From: a virus
Taxonomy: Duplodnaviria > Caudoviricetes
IMG/VR virus record: IMGVR_UViG_3300009158_000060
Span: 1 to 57,551 of that record
Length of the DNA: 57,551 nucleotides
Direction: 5' to 3' (one strand)
Made by a program: the position numbers and the translations under genes. Shown here in pieces: positions 11,701 to 20,564 of this stretch (within the stretch, counting starts at the first letter, position 1; each line of letters opens with the position of its first letter). Below the pieces are notes generated by a model. That model ran no database searches. It was not told where the DNA came from and saw nothing but the letters and a program-made list of their open reading frames with translations.

Positions 11701-14700
11701 ATTGTTGTCTTGCATCAGTTCAACTAAACGGTTATTTGTGCTTTCAAGACGTTGTCCCAATGAAAGTGCTTGCAAAGCTTGCTTAACGTTCTTTTCGTAC
11801 TCAGGAATCTTGTTTGTGTTGAAGTCTTGGATTAACTTGTTTACTTTTTGTTTTTCTTCCTCAGTAAACACAGACATGTTTTTTTCTTGCTGTTCAGCGG
11901 TCTTACCAATGCCTTGCCTTGATACTTGCAAGTAACGATCCATCAACGCCTTATCTTCTTTGGTAACGCCTGCTTCTGGATATGACGCAAACATTTTTGC
12001 AATGTCTGCATTTGAATACTTGCCAATATTGAAGTCTCCCGGCTTAAGCAGGAAAAACTGCATTTGATTTTTAAGGGCTTCAAGCTGTTCTTCTATTGCT
12101 TCAATTTGCGCAAAACCTTGCTTGTCTCTGGTAGCGCGTGCTTTCTGATTGGCTTCTGTTTTTGCCTTGAGCTTGCGTGCCTGATCCAACGCCTCCCACA
12201 CGGGTTTAATCTCAGGGGACTTGGCAAAGTTGGCCGGTGTGGCACGGATGTAGCCAATGTCTTTGCGTGTTTCAGGGAACAACTGGCCTTGACCTTTTGC
12301 GCCTTCACCAGCAATCTCACCTTCTTGAGCTGTGCTTTCATACAGCTTTATGGCATCTTGAAGCTCACGCAATGAGCTACCCTCGGGTGCCAGCGCGGCT
12401 TCGTAACCTACTGATTTGTATGTACGGCGTTCTCCAAAACGGGTTTCAGCTTCTCTGCCGGGGACATTCTCTACAACGCGTTTGCCGGGGACAGCTTCAC
12501 GGCGGGTGTAAGTTTGCTTGCCGAGGTCTTCACCGCGCAGGATGCGTGCGGCTTGGTTCTGAGCTGCGTCCAACAAAGGCTTGCTGGCTTTGCCGTCTTC
12601 AATGATTTCCTTGACGCGTTCCAGTGCTTCTCGAATACCTTGAGTGCGGATCGGGCCGTCTTCAGTTTCTGTGACCGCGCCTTCTGGGATGTTCCGTGTC
12701 AGCGCCTTGTCAATCATGTTGCCCACGTATTCACGCAGGCGGCGCATCTCTCCACCCGCCGTCTTGGCAGTTTCACCCCGGGCTTCAGCAACCTTCTGAG
12801 CTTCCGTAGTAGCAAACTGCTGTTTTAGCAGCGGTGTTTCACGTGAAACCTGTGATGGCATCTGAGACAGGCTGTCAACAACCTTGGCAATCTGCGCTTT
12901 GAAATGCTTTACTTCTTTGTCACTCAGGCGTGCAATGTCGTTCAACGGCGTGGTAGCCAGATCACGGGTCTTCAAAACACGTTTGGTAACAGCGCCACGC
13001 ACAATCTTGTTGGCTCGCATCTGTGCAGGCTGCACAATTACTTCTTCAAGCTCTGGTTTTTTAGGCACAGCCTGTGCGCGGCTCAACCATTCACCCACCA
13101 CATCATGAATGCGCGACGCGGCTTTGATTGCCTCATCATAGGTTAGTGCGGGTTTACCCGCAACACGGCGGTGGATGGCAGCTTCTTCCAACACCGCAGA
13201 AATGTATTTGCCACGGGCTTCTTCAGCTTGTTGAGCCAACACCGCAGGAGAGGCCGCAGACGCGCCTTGGCCGTACGGCAGTAGTTCTTCTCTGTATTCA
13301 CCTGTTTTTTTATCCAGTATACGTTGACGTTCTTTACCCAACGCATCACCGCGACGCAGACGATCAATCTTGTCTTCAATCGTGTTTAAAGCGGTGTCTT
13401 GCTCGTTGCGTGTGCGCAGTACTTCTTGGGCGTAAACGCTGGCTTGTGGGCTTGTTGCGGCGCTTGGGAACTTGCCTTTTGTCAGGTCGCCAGCAGGTGT
13501 TGGTTCTGCAAAAGCGTTGAGTTGCTCAAGTGCCTGATTACCTCTTTCAAACGCAGCAGTTGCCGCATCGCGGTTGTTTGAGCGCAGTGCGGCATCTCTG
13601 TCCGTATTAGCTTGGTCTATTTCATCAAGCAGTGTGTTTATTTTGCTACGCACACGTTCAGCTTGCTTAGGTTGCGCAAACGGTTTCAACTCAGGGTTTA
13701 CAGCAATTACTGGGGGTTTACCCTCACTTATTTTCTCCAGCTTTGGCTCGACCATGTATTTGAAAAACATGTCATCGCCAACGTCATTGCGCGTATCTTT
13801 GAGGTCGTCCATGTACGAGGTGAACGCCTGCACATGTGGGGATTCTTTTTCTGCGGGTTTAGCGGCACCAAAAGCTGCTTTGCGTGTTTCCATCTCCTGC
13901 TTAAAGCCCGGAGCAATTTGCAACTTCAACGCATCTAAAACCGCAGAGTTACGCACACCGGTAGGCAACCCGGGTAATTGCATACGTTTACTGACAATCT
14001 GATCCGCCAGCATTGGGTTACGCATCAAGTATGAAACGTAGTCGGACACAGCCTCGTTGGGGGCTTTTTCACCGGAAAGTTGTTGGTCATTGGCCAACTG
14101 AATACTCTGGGCAGCATGCTGCGCTGCAATATCCTCTGCCTTCGGCGGCTCAGGCGGCTTGGCAATCTGTTGTTCGTACAGCTCAGGCTCAGCGGGTTTT
14201 TTTGCCGTTTCCTCAGGCTCCATGCCAAACGCATATTCTTGCGGGGTTAACTTGGCAACACGTGCCTGTTCTGCTGCTTGTTTCAGAATAGGTTTGACAC
14301 GCACATACTCATCAGCCAGTGGTTTAAGTTCTTTGTTTATGGCATCAATCTGGCGGTTAACTTCTCGATTGTTTGCGTAATCCGTTTCTGGAGACACGCC
14401 TTTCTTTATTGGAATTAACTGTTGTTTGAGCGCCGTACGCTGGGCTTCCAAGTCCTGCGTCTTCTGGAACACTTCTTGGGCGTACGCTGGGCTGTTGAGG
14501 CGAATCTTCTCTTCTTCCTGCCGCTTTTCTTCATCGGCGCGAAGTTTCTTGAACTCCTCTTGATCTGCGCCACGTTGTTTGCCGCGCTCTTCCCCGCGTT
14601 CAAAATACCTACCAGCAGGGGCCAATGTGCCGCCAAGAACAGCGCCCCCAATAAAGTTATCAAAATACTCACTTCGAGCTTTTTCGTCGGTAATAGACAG

Positions 14701-15504
14701 GCCCGCTTGTAAACGTTCAAACACCTGTTGGCCCGCTTCGGTCAGACCTTCGGTGCCCATTGCCTTACCTGTAGCAAGTGCGTAATCTTTGGCAATTTGC
14801 GCAGTAGATTGCTTAGTAGCCTCCAACAACACTTTCTCTGGAACTTCTTTACCAGCAGCCGAGAAAATTCCACGAATACCGGGGAGCATCTTTAAGCTCA
14901 GTACATCCAACGCAGCCTGAGGAATAGATGCCGCAAACGCAGAGCCAAGAGAAGTCTCACCCAGTTTCTTGCCCTCGTCCATCTGACGGGACAAGTTTGA
15001 ACCAGTGAACTGCGCAGCGGAGGTCAGGCCGGTAGCACCAATACCTGCGGCTTCTCCGGCAGTAAGTAACCCACCAAGCACAGGCGCAGCAGCCGCAGCT
15101 TCTGGTAATGCCAAAGCAGCCAGACCAGCGGCCACAGGCGCGGCCATGTACGGCAAAGACCCGCCCAACAGTTCAGTGGTTTTGGTTAAGGGGGCTTGGA
15201 GCCATCCTTCTTGGGTAGGCGCAAATGTGCGCTTCTTATATTCTTCTTGTTCTTGGATGTACTTCTCAGCCGCAGCTTCATCCATCAATCCGGTCTTACC
15301 GGCCAGCGCAGCAACGTCGCCTTTTAATGAAGCAATCCCTGCTTTGGCGGCAGGAATAAATCCAGACTCAGGTTTAGCTTGTGGTTCTGGGCGCTTAAAG
15401 GCTTCAGGGTACATCTGCTGCGCTCGGGCGTATGCCTGTTCCGGGGTCTCCCCGTCTCTAATTAATACTTGAGTACCGTCTGGTAATGGAACAGCTTGAG
15501 GCAT
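5656..15504 (-). CDS. giant virion-ejected polyvalent protein (zincin-like HExxxH, ART-like and LPD38-like domains)
   Basis: 3282 aa; LLHEVGVH; WHGTG..FD.F...GSGMQTFGWGTY; C-terminal IPFFNAQIQG and RIPVPFEVG..FKALPE; last gene of the structural operon. Confidence 0.75.
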   Translation of the reverse strand: MPQAVPLPDGTQVLIRDGETPEQAYARAQQMYPEAFKRPEPQAKPESGFIPAAKAGIASLKGDVAALAGKTGLMDEAAAEKYIQEQEEYKKRTFAPTQEGWLQAPLTKTTELLGGSLPYMAAPVAAGLAALALPEAAAAAPVLGGLLTAGEAAGIGATGLTSAAQFTGSNLSRQMDEGKKLGETSLGSAFAASIPQAALDVLSLKMLPGIRGIFSAAGKEVPEKVLLEATKQSTAQIAKDYALATGKAMGTEGLTEAGQQVFERLQAGLSITDEKARSEYFDNFIGGAVLGGTLAPAGRYFERGEERGKQRGADQEEFKKLRADEEKRQEEEKIRLNSPAYAQEVFQKTQDLEAQRTALKQQLIPIKKGVSPETDYANNREVNRQIDAINKELKPLADEYVRVKPILKQAAEQARVAKLTPQEYAFGMEPEETAKKPAEPELYEQQIAKPPEPPKAEDIAAQHAAQSIQLANDQQLSGEKAPNEAVSDYVSYLMRNPMLADQIVSKRMQLPGLPTGVRNSAVLDALKLQIAPGFKQEMETRKAAFGAAKPAEKESPHVQAFTSYMDDLKDTRNDVGDDMFFKYMVEPKLEKISEGKPPVIAVNPELKPFAQPKQAERVRSKINTLLDEIDQANTDRDAALRSNNRDAATAAFERGNQALEQLNAFAEPTPAGDLTKGKFPSAATSPQASVYAQEVLRTRNEQDTALNTIEDKIDRLRRGDALGKERQRILDKKTGEYREELLPYGQGASAASPAVLAQQAEEARGKYISAVLEEAAIHRRVAGKPALTYDEAIKAASRIHDVVGEWLSRAQAVPKKPELEEVIVQPAQMRANKIVRGAVTKRVLKTRDLATTPLNDIARLSDKEVKHFKAQIAKVVDSLSQMPSQVSRETPLLKQQFATTEAQKVAEARGETAKTAGGEMRRLREYVGNMIDKALTRNIPEGAVTETEDGPIRTQGIREALERVKEIIEDGKASKPLLDAAQNQAARILRGEDLGKQTYTRREAVPGKRVVENVPGREAETRFGERRTYKSVGYEAALAPEGSSLRELQDAIKLYESTAQEGEIAGEGAKGQGQLFPETRKDIGYIRATPANFAKSPEIKPVWEALDQARKLKAKTEANQKARATRDKQGFAQIEAIEEQLEALKNQMQFFLLKPGDFNIGKYSNADIAKMFASYPEAGVTKEDKALMDRYLQVSRQGIGKTAEQQEKNMSVFTEEEKQKVNKLIQDFNTNKIPEYEKNVKQALQALSLGQRLESTNNRLVELMQDNNAAVRKQSEAARKTVEPLLEKLKLIKDSLRNSVMLTDGQRAMLDSEVSLQNQRNAYQKAMATAMGKARQRLSDTLGELLDPEIERARRALKAAKTRLATVESQIEAAKKEMTEGTGQAPNLINNLQKVQGLVENIETAETELADLQETRFGEIENDVVVTEAMLDKDLKTEREYLELLERQLADMRKEPLTAVETGRAGELGKLKYPFSAQRVESQVKAQQAAVDEAKKRADEFQKNVQVWWPKVTAAFKKDGISVKDLPGAVFEKGRKVADINTPEQKRLDDLRDNGMQAAKEVDEAAVLQRVKDKQIQIFDDEIFDARGEVQTFMGPEDTNQLADIMADPKTTNVKRVQATLKLGAMQKLASLEAQKEVFLTGKPAKAPKAATVPSTAALAAAKPFRTGSGVAKAFTPAEMDEMDRAELRDANALAKQILGTKAPQLKEPSKRKQGKMVDPNMGLFDDFEFSRGTPVKGLTKAELEAELTAGMGEPVTGRKIEAMVSEKLAVYENLDEYLSKFKEVTRNDLRNKIPTNAKGFVQNGKAVLFANNIGKGHGLGVLLHEVGVHMGFRNFFNEGQYNALVKTVKNWANKTEDSMEARVGKAAVRRVEAANTPPHQIDDELLAYAVEEAMQMGVEPVGVKGGNAVKNWLNMVVDAFKKALEKFGITSKNLTAGDLVNFAYGAAHIELKGTWHGTGVTFDMFDHTHMSTGSGMQTFGWGTYRGQRYGTADYYRVEAVTKTGGLYDQWVDRSDIRAWFKSQEPEFTGKLPAGIPEQFLNMPLREVNNAQTGENPYKIFKEAVQGEIENIEEERPKHALAALPASALPVKDYGYGPVTATPARTVARPIVVNTKLKTPIAKPTSWRVEWMRELSVAEVDKKIKELKKFAETADEHLKVPFVNAVYKGKQFHELWNTNRAAAYTVNVFENTIRENNGTPPTWKEAIAATKVEAKKDLKDFEGFENPASKDAYNTAKEVLDTIDALDVNDFQYNPPSGPPVPEPAGYMMRTLHTRPENEYILWDQHADKQTEVVKDAFKRIYDLLDSRQQAVFNRSIGHVRPDRQSGSDLYNALSAVLEQSGMPSELCPMFTSEMLHAEGVAGVKFFDAVSRHASLYTAAPGTYNYVDFSDKDEGAQIIATDINPVSQTQPRQKGEMLFSRSAEYTNPEIAKHSEFVDKIVAKQKGWSEKIKANATGLAFETQLVDRFAGFERLAKYMEPLKGTQMLYYLRMYDQRMNFVSQAISNGAPAITEKTRPDGRVERVLESKESANIHNVVQILKDAQPMVGNAEAVNRQFTMYMASIRAGNKGLSSLNFGEGVTQELLNDTMAAIKATPGLEDVFKRARDEYNAYNRNLVNFVVSTGALSKDVAKRLLSENDYIPFYRERNGVAELVIGSESPIRIGSIAEQPYLHELVGGENPILDFLTSSVQNTNLLMDMGMRNLATKNAVHELVDLNAAKFVKISSGTNVVKFRVDGEDRYAVLATEKVKIGNKEFDTGVPADILVKGMEGIPTQMPAMLRVMAMPSLLLRKAITISPLYMAKQLFRDSVAAPIISGADFMPVIGALKELNSSTKQTLERRGITGGQQFTGGAADLTKILRDVSEGKPGWMSALGKLEAMGMEADATTRRAQYNSYINQGLSEMEATLLALESMNFNKRGASPSIHVANALIPFFNAQIQGLNVLYKASMGKMPFNDQLRIREKMLQRGAMMAVASLAYAALMQDDDAYKNATPDQKYGNWFVRIPGLDEPVRIPVPFEVGYIFKALPEALYNSMVNEHGGEEAVQAFKQILLQTIPGGSSYGIPQIMKPAIEAGLGKSFYTGRDILSAREKQLLPEEQFRANTSELAKSVGKALGISPIVFEQLISGYTGTMGTAFMHALSVGIPASETPEQAVKRLSDYPIVGGAFQPNDAGGIINNVYERMNENLKVKHTFDQMVKEGNMSGAMGLLQRRGNEYMQADMANKFKANMNKLTQAERAIAASNMSPEEKRAQLDSIRKIKIAVAETVRQVSDKTIHLSTPF

Positions 15505-15534
15505 AGTATTTTCCGAATTGTGCGGCAGGGTCTT

Positions 15535-15567
15535 ACAACCGCAGCAGGCCGAACTGCATGCGGTTGT
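15535..15567 (-). promoter_or_regulatory. hairpin in the leader of the giant gene
   Basis: ACAACCGCA...TGCGGTTGT 9-bp outer stem plus GCAG/CTGC inner stem in a 76-bp gap. Confidence 0.4.
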
Positions 15568-15580
15568 GGAAGTTTACTAC

Positions 15581-17182
15581 TTACGGACGAGCGTTGGGGG
15601 CTGCTGGTACGGCAGTTACTGTGGGCGACACACCCATTATCCGAAGATAGTCGTCGATGTTTGGGTACTTGGCTTGCAAGTAAGGGTCTGTTGCCCACTT
15701 GTCTCGGTGAACAGCATCCGCACGCATACCGGTTGCAGCCGTCTGTGACTCCATGTGTTTCTTGAACAGCTCGGGGTTGCGGTAAATGCGCTCCAAACCA
15801 GTAGGTGCGTTTGCTTGAACTTGTGTACGTTGCAATGCTGCGGCATCCGCTTGAGCTTGTTTGGCAAAATCTGTTTTTGCTGTGAACATTGTGCGCTCAT
15901 TCTGCGCATTCTCTTTGAGCTTAGTTTCAAAGATGCCTTTGGCAGTGTCCGTATCAACTTGGAATATCTTGGCAATACCCTCAATGGTGCGGTTCTTGGC
16001 GGTGCCAAGTGCATCAATACCTTTGGCTTGCAACTCAGTGTGCGCTTTAAGGTCACCACGTTTTTCAGCATTTCGGGCAGCTTCAATATCCCCAAAGGCT
16101 TTATCACGTTCGCGCTGGGCTTTCTTTAAGTCTTTCAACGCCGACTGGTAGTTATCCAGTCCAGCCAACGCGCCCTTGCCAATGTTTTCAAACGCGTATT
16201 GAGAAGTGCCAGACATCATGCCCAAACCTGCTTGAAAGATAGACATGCCCAAAGCTTTGTCTTTGTCGGTGGCGGCTTCGGCTTCTTCTTTTTTCAAACG
16301 CTCTTCATAGCCTTTATAGGCCTCAGGCATTTCAGAAACTTTTTTGTCGTAGTCACCAAGCAACTTGTCGTAGGCTTTGGTTGTGAAAGATTCGTTTGCT
16401 TCTAACTTGCCGCGCAACTCAGTTGAATCACTTAAAGCCGCTGCTTCAGCTTTTGCTTGTGCAGGAGTTTTTGCAGTGGTATCCAGCGCAGTTATTCCAG
16501 CCATTGGGTCAACAGGCTTTACCGGTTTAACTATTGGTGCTCCTGCGCTGGGAGGTGGCACTGCGCCCGCACCGGGAGGTGGAACTGCTCCTGCACCGGG
16601 AGGTAAAGTACCCGCGCCAGTCTGTGCCGCAGGCATTCCCGGAGGAGTAAAGGTTGTGCCAGCGGGGAGTGTGTTGGATGCATTCTCTTTAACGCTTTTT
16701 AAATACGCATCCGTGGCACTAAGCGGCATCGGGTTGTTTTTGTCGTACTGTTTTGCTTCGCGGTACGTTCTACGAACGCCAGACTCAGGAGGAAAAGCTT
16801 TAAGCCATTCAGGAAGGTCTTCTTCCCCTGTGCTGCCGCCGGGGCCAAACGCAACGATACCGCCTTCAGCCATACCCTGCATGTTCTGGGCTGGAAGTTG
16901 GCCAATGCCTTGATCTTCTGGAAGCATCTGTTGCTGCGGAGGAGCCATCCCTTGCTGTGGGGGAGGAGCCACCATCTGGGCAATCTGCTGGTCAGCCACT
17001 TTGGGCTGCGGCTGCATTCCCGCTTGGCCCTCTTGTCCGGCCTTCATCTGTTTCTTCTGGTTTGCAATAGACAGCGCCAGCGTCACAATGTAAGGATCAT
17101 TCTTGTGCAGTGCAGCATACTGCTGCAACTGCGGCAACTGCATGCGGGACATCGTATCGGTGAGGGTTTTTACGTTAAGCAT
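15581..17182 (-). CDS. internal virion/ejection protein
   Basis: 533 aa, Q/P-rich, MAEGGIVAF motif, amphipathic QAGLGMMSG segment, position before the giant protein. Confidence 0.6.
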   Translation of the reverse strand: MLNVKTLTDTMSRMQLPQLQQYAALHKNDPYIVTLALSIANQKKQMKAGQEGQAGMQPQPKVADQQIAQMVAPPPQQGMAPPQQQMLPEDQGIGQLPAQNMQGMAEGGIVAFGPGGSTGEEDLPEWLKAFPPESGVRRTYREAKQYDKNNPMPLSATDAYLKSVKENASNTLPAGTTFTPPGMPAAQTGAGTLPPGAGAVPPPGAGAVPPPSAGAPIVKPVKPVDPMAGITALDTTAKTPAQAKAEAAALSDSTELRGKLEANESFTTKAYDKLLGDYDKKVSEMPEAYKGYEERLKKEEAEAATDKDKALGMSIFQAGLGMMSGTSQYAFENIGKGALAGLDNYQSALKDLKKAQRERDKAFGDIEAARNAEKRGDLKAHTELQAKGIDALGTAKNRTIEGIAKIFQVDTDTAKGIFETKLKENAQNERTMFTAKTDFAKQAQADAAALQRTQVQANAPTGLERIYRNPELFKKHMESQTAATGMRADAVHRDKWATDPYLQAKYPNIDDYLRIMGVSPTVTAVPAAPNARP

Positions 17183-17191
17183 GAGTGTTCC

Positions 17192-18181
17192 TTACTGCAT
17201 TTTCATCAGTGCCAGCTCAGCCAAACCTGCTGGGCGTTTCTTTTCTTTGACCGCGCCGCCTTTAGCTTTTCCCACAGTTGAACTGCCCATCTGAGACAGG
17301 CCGTAGGCTGCGGTGCCAAGACCGGCCAGTTGAGACCCCACGCTTGGCGCAGCTTGATAAACACTTGTGCTGGTGTTTTGCATGGGCATACCCCGTGTCA
17401 AGGCGCTCATGTTGGCCAACTGCATCATCGGGTACTGCTGTGCAGTAGCGTAATCTTGAATCTGTTGGTTTATCTTTGACTGCTCAAGCCCTTGTTGCTG
17501 TGCACCAAGTTGGTTTTGCAAACCAATTAAACCTGTTTGTTGGCCAAAGCCAGTGTTGTACTGTTGTTGAGCTTGGTTGAATGCGTTTTGCATTCCCGTT
17601 GCCATGATGTTGGACTGGGTGTCGCCAAGAGCGCGTTCGCGTTCCGCACGCATGATCGCGTCGCGCCCACCACCAAAAGCGCCTGCTTGCGCGGCTTGGG
17701 CTTGCTGTTGTTGCCCTTGAATAGCAGATTGTCTTGCGGCTGCTTGCATTTGGGGTTGAAGCGCATACTCTGCGTACGGTGACATGTACGCGCCAACATC
17801 TTGCTGAAACCCTTGTGGCCCAGCCTGCATGTTTTGCGCCTGCTGTTGCGCCTGCTGTTGCATGGGAGAGAACCCAGCAAAATATGCGTTAGGGTCTGTG
17901 TTGAAAGGCTTGTACGCTTTTAAACTTGTCGGGCTTTCCGTAATTGGCGTGGTTCCGGTTTGTTTTCCCCGGCTGTTGTATATCGGGTCGCCGCCTGTTT
18001 TACCGTAGTTAAACAACTCTTTTTGCGCAGAGCCAAGCATCTGCTCAACGTACGGCTGCGCATACTCAGGAATGTTTGAAGTTTGGGAGTACGTAGTATT
18101 TGGCCCACCACCTCCGCCACCACCACCCCCAAAACAAAATGTGGGAATGAAAAAATTAATAATGCTGCGCAGCTTAAACAT
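17192..18181 (-). CDS. internal virion/ejection (pilot-like) protein
   Basis: N-terminal CF followed by poly-Gly; YMSPY and AGAFGGGR motifs; Gln-rich; Gly/Ala-rich C-terminal helix. Confidence 0.65.
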   Translation of the reverse strand: MFKLRSIINFFIPTFCFGGGGGGGGGPNTTYSQTSNIPEYAQPYVEQMLGSAQKELFNYGKTGGDPIYNSRGKQTGTTPITESPTSLKAYKPFNTDPNAYFAGFSPMQQQAQQQAQNMQAGPQGFQQDVGAYMSPYAEYALQPQMQAAARQSAIQGQQQQAQAAQAGAFGGGRDAIMRAERERALGDTQSNIMATGMQNAFNQAQQQYNTGFGQQTGLIGLQNQLGAQQQGLEQSKINQQIQDYATAQQYPMMQLANMSALTRGMPMQNTSTSVYQAAPSVGSQLAGLGTAAYGLSQMGSSTVGKAKGGAVKEKKRPAGLAELALMKMQ

Positions 18182-18626
18182 CTAAATGCTCCTTGCGGTA
18201 ATCGTCAAACCGCTCAAAAAAAATTGTTTTCCACATCTCAGGCAAACACTCTTTGGCTTTTTCTGGGCCAACACAGACATGGACGGCATAAGCCATGATG
18301 TTGCCAGCAGCGTACCGAAGACCGTGCGCAATTTCAAGCCCATGCGCATCTTTGTTTGTTTCAAAAAAGTTTGCCGTTTCGTACGCTGATACTACCGTGA
18401 GCCACATAGGTAGTATCTCATTCTGAATACTGCGGTAAAACGGGTTGGCAGGCAAGTACACAAGGCAAGTCAAAAACGCTTGGTTAATTTGATTTGCAGA
18501 TACAGGACTATCTTTGTCTACTAGATCGTCCCAAATATGTGCCAAGTCAGCAAAGGCGTGGAACATCCGCAAAGCATCTTCATTGCCTCCGAACCATTCC
18601 AACTTGCCTTCTTTTTGGTTGTTCAT
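18174..18626 (-). CDS. small isoprenoid-synthase-like (DDxxD) protein
   Basis: AHIWDDLVDKD resembles the first Asp-rich motif of trans-prenyltransferases; predicted helical; overlaps both neighbours. Confidence 0.5.
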   Translation of the reverse strand: MNNQKEGKLEWFGGNEDALRMFHAFADLAHIWDDLVDKDSPVSANQINQAFLTCLVYLPANPFYRSIQNEILPMWLTVVSAYETANFFETNKDAHGLEIAHGLRYAAGNIMAYAVHVCVGPEKAKECLPEMWKTIFFERFDDYRKEHLDV

Positions 18627-20251
18627 GCCAAGTACTTTTCAGGGTTGATCTGCTTGCCTTGTTTCTTGTTGCCAGTACGCGCCTGACGAACTCTATCCAT
18701 CATCTTGTACAGCACCTTGGCACCAGCTTCTGAGGAGCCATTACCGAGGTGGGACACGACATCGGCAGGTACTACAAACTCTTCGTTGGCCAAGCGTGCT
18801 GGCTGCTTGTTGGCGATTGTCGCAGGAATGTCGTCAGACATGCCATCTCCCGGCCCTTTGAGCATGCGCCCACCACGAGCATAGTCGGAGTAACCACCCA
18901 GATCAGCCAGACCGCCGTGTGCGTAGTTGGGTCTATACGGTGTTGGCTGCACGGGTTGGTATCCTGTGTAGTTGCTGCCATTCCATGTGGACTTGTACTT
19001 TTCTTTTTCGTATGGTTTGGGGCGATTCAGCATCTCGTATGCACTAGAAGCCAGCATGCCTGTCATCAACTTGTTTGGCAACGACATTTTTGTAAAATCT
19101 TGCCAAGCACTTTGAAGTCCACCAACTTCTGGGGCAAGGGCACCTGAACCAATTGTTTGTGGGTAAATTGTTTCACCTGAAACAGCTTTTACCGGTTCCA
19201 TTCCTCTGTACGCTTCTTTCATTGCATCAGCGTATTCCGGCGTTGTTTCAAACGGCTGCAACGTATTTGCGCCAAAGTTTGAAACATTGCCAGCAACTTG
19301 GGCGGGTGTACTACCGACAGGGGAAAACGGTGTTTTGGCTACCGCTTCCTGATAAACCCCCGGATTCATTCCTTCGCCTGTCAACGCCCCCCGTACTTGC
19401 ATTTGGGTGAACTGATCTGCGCCAACCGGATTAACCGCTTGAGTTACCGATGGTGGGGGTAGGTTGGAACCCAGTGGGCCGCTTAAATTTGTTTGCAACC
19501 CTTGTAGTCCCGATTGCGCATATGTGGGATTAGCCATTGGTGCCGCAGGATTAAAAGTTGTCGGTAGGGTAGACGTAGGCGCACCAGCGCCATACTGTGT
19601 CAGCGTAGATGCGGGGGTATTAAACGCGCTTGTTGCGCCAACTTCGTTTGCCAATGCTTGAATACCGCTTAGATTTTCAAAACCGGCAGTATCAAACCCC
19701 CCCGAAGTACGCAAGGGTGTAGATGTCGCTTGAACTGGGTTTGAAGGGTTAACTGGAGTAGTTGCCGCAGATTCAACAAGCGGTTCAGCAGGGGGAGCGC
19801 CCGTATAGCCATAGTTGGAAGGCGGCATAGCCGGTGGAGCAGGAGGCGGAGCAGTAGGAGCAACAGGAGGTGCCGCAGGAGGCCCAGCAACAGGAGGTGC
19901 CGCAGGCGGTGGAGCTTCAAACGGATTGACCACCTCTCCAAAGTTGCTCATTGAGCCGGGGCCGGTGTATGTATTGACCGCCAAATCCGCAAGCCCTCCA
20001 CCACTGGGAGAAACGGGGTTCAAATTTACTGCGTCAAGCACAGATTGGTTTGTAGCCGTTTGTGCGGCTTGCCCAGCAGCCTGTGTAGCGGCTTGTTCGG
20101 CGGCAGCTTGTGCGGCGGCTTGTTCGACTGCGGCTGCGGTAGCGGCTTCGGCTGCGGCTGCGGCAGCAGCTTCGGCTGCTGCAATCTCTGCGGCAGTCAT
20201 TGTGCCTGCAACGGCTCCTTCTGCTACTAATGGTATTGCTGCTTCTGGCAT
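18623..20251 (-). CDS. internal virion/ejection protein
   Basis: Ala- and Pro-rich N-terminus; C-terminal GPGDGMSDDIPA...ARLANEEFVVPADVV domain. Confidence 0.6.
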   Translation of the reverse strand: MPEAAIPLVAEGAVAGTMTAAEIAAAEAAAAAAAEAATAAAVEQAAAQAAAEQAATQAAGQAAQTATNQSVLDAVNLNPVSPSGGGLADLAVNTYTGPGSMSNFGEVVNPFEAPPPAAPPVAGPPAAPPVAPTAPPPAPPAMPPSNYGYTGAPPAEPLVESAATTPVNPSNPVQATSTPLRTSGGFDTAGFENLSGIQALANEVGATSAFNTPASTLTQYGAGAPTSTLPTTFNPAAPMANPTYAQSGLQGLQTNLSGPLGSNLPPPSVTQAVNPVGADQFTQMQVRGALTGEGMNPGVYQEAVAKTPFSPVGSTPAQVAGNVSNFGANTLQPFETTPEYADAMKEAYRGMEPVKAVSGETIYPQTIGSGALAPEVGGLQSAWQDFTKMSLPNKLMTGMLASSAYEMLNRPKPYEKEKYKSTWNGSNYTGYQPVQPTPYRPNYAHGGLADLGGYSDYARGGRMLKGPGDGMSDDIPATIANKQPARLANEEFVVPADVVSHLGNGSSEAGAKVLYKMMDRVRQARTGNKKQGKQINPEKYLA

Positions 20252-20252
20252 A

Positions 20253-20564
20253 TCAAACTCCTCGTTTCATCACAACAAGCCCTTGCTTGCGACTAAGTTC
20301 TTTGAAGCCAAACATGGCTATCAGTTTCTGTGCTTTGACATCGTTCTCAAAGGGTGTAGCATACACTTCCTTGTAACTTTTGTCTCTCAAAAATGGCAGG
20401 ATTTGCTCTGCAAAGATGCCTTTGTACCGCTTGAATTTGGCCGGTGACCACGCTCCGGGGTTGAAGTTCAGATGCAGGGTCACCTTTGTTCGGTTGAGTA
20501 TGTAGTCGCACAGGACTCGCGCATCTGCATCTTCGTATATCTTTTCTCTTACTGGCGGCATCAT
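20253..20564 (-). CDS. GNAT-like acyltransferase (T7 gp13-like position)
   Basis: VYATPFEND.KAQKLIAMFGF resembles GNAT motif B; lies between the tail stabilisation gene and the ejection genes. Confidence 0.5.
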   Translation of the reverse strand: MMPPVREKIYEDADARVLCDYILNRTKVTLHLNFNPGAWSPAKFKRYKGIFAEQILPFLRDKSYKEVYATPFENDVKAQKLIAMFGFKELSRKQGLVVMKRGV

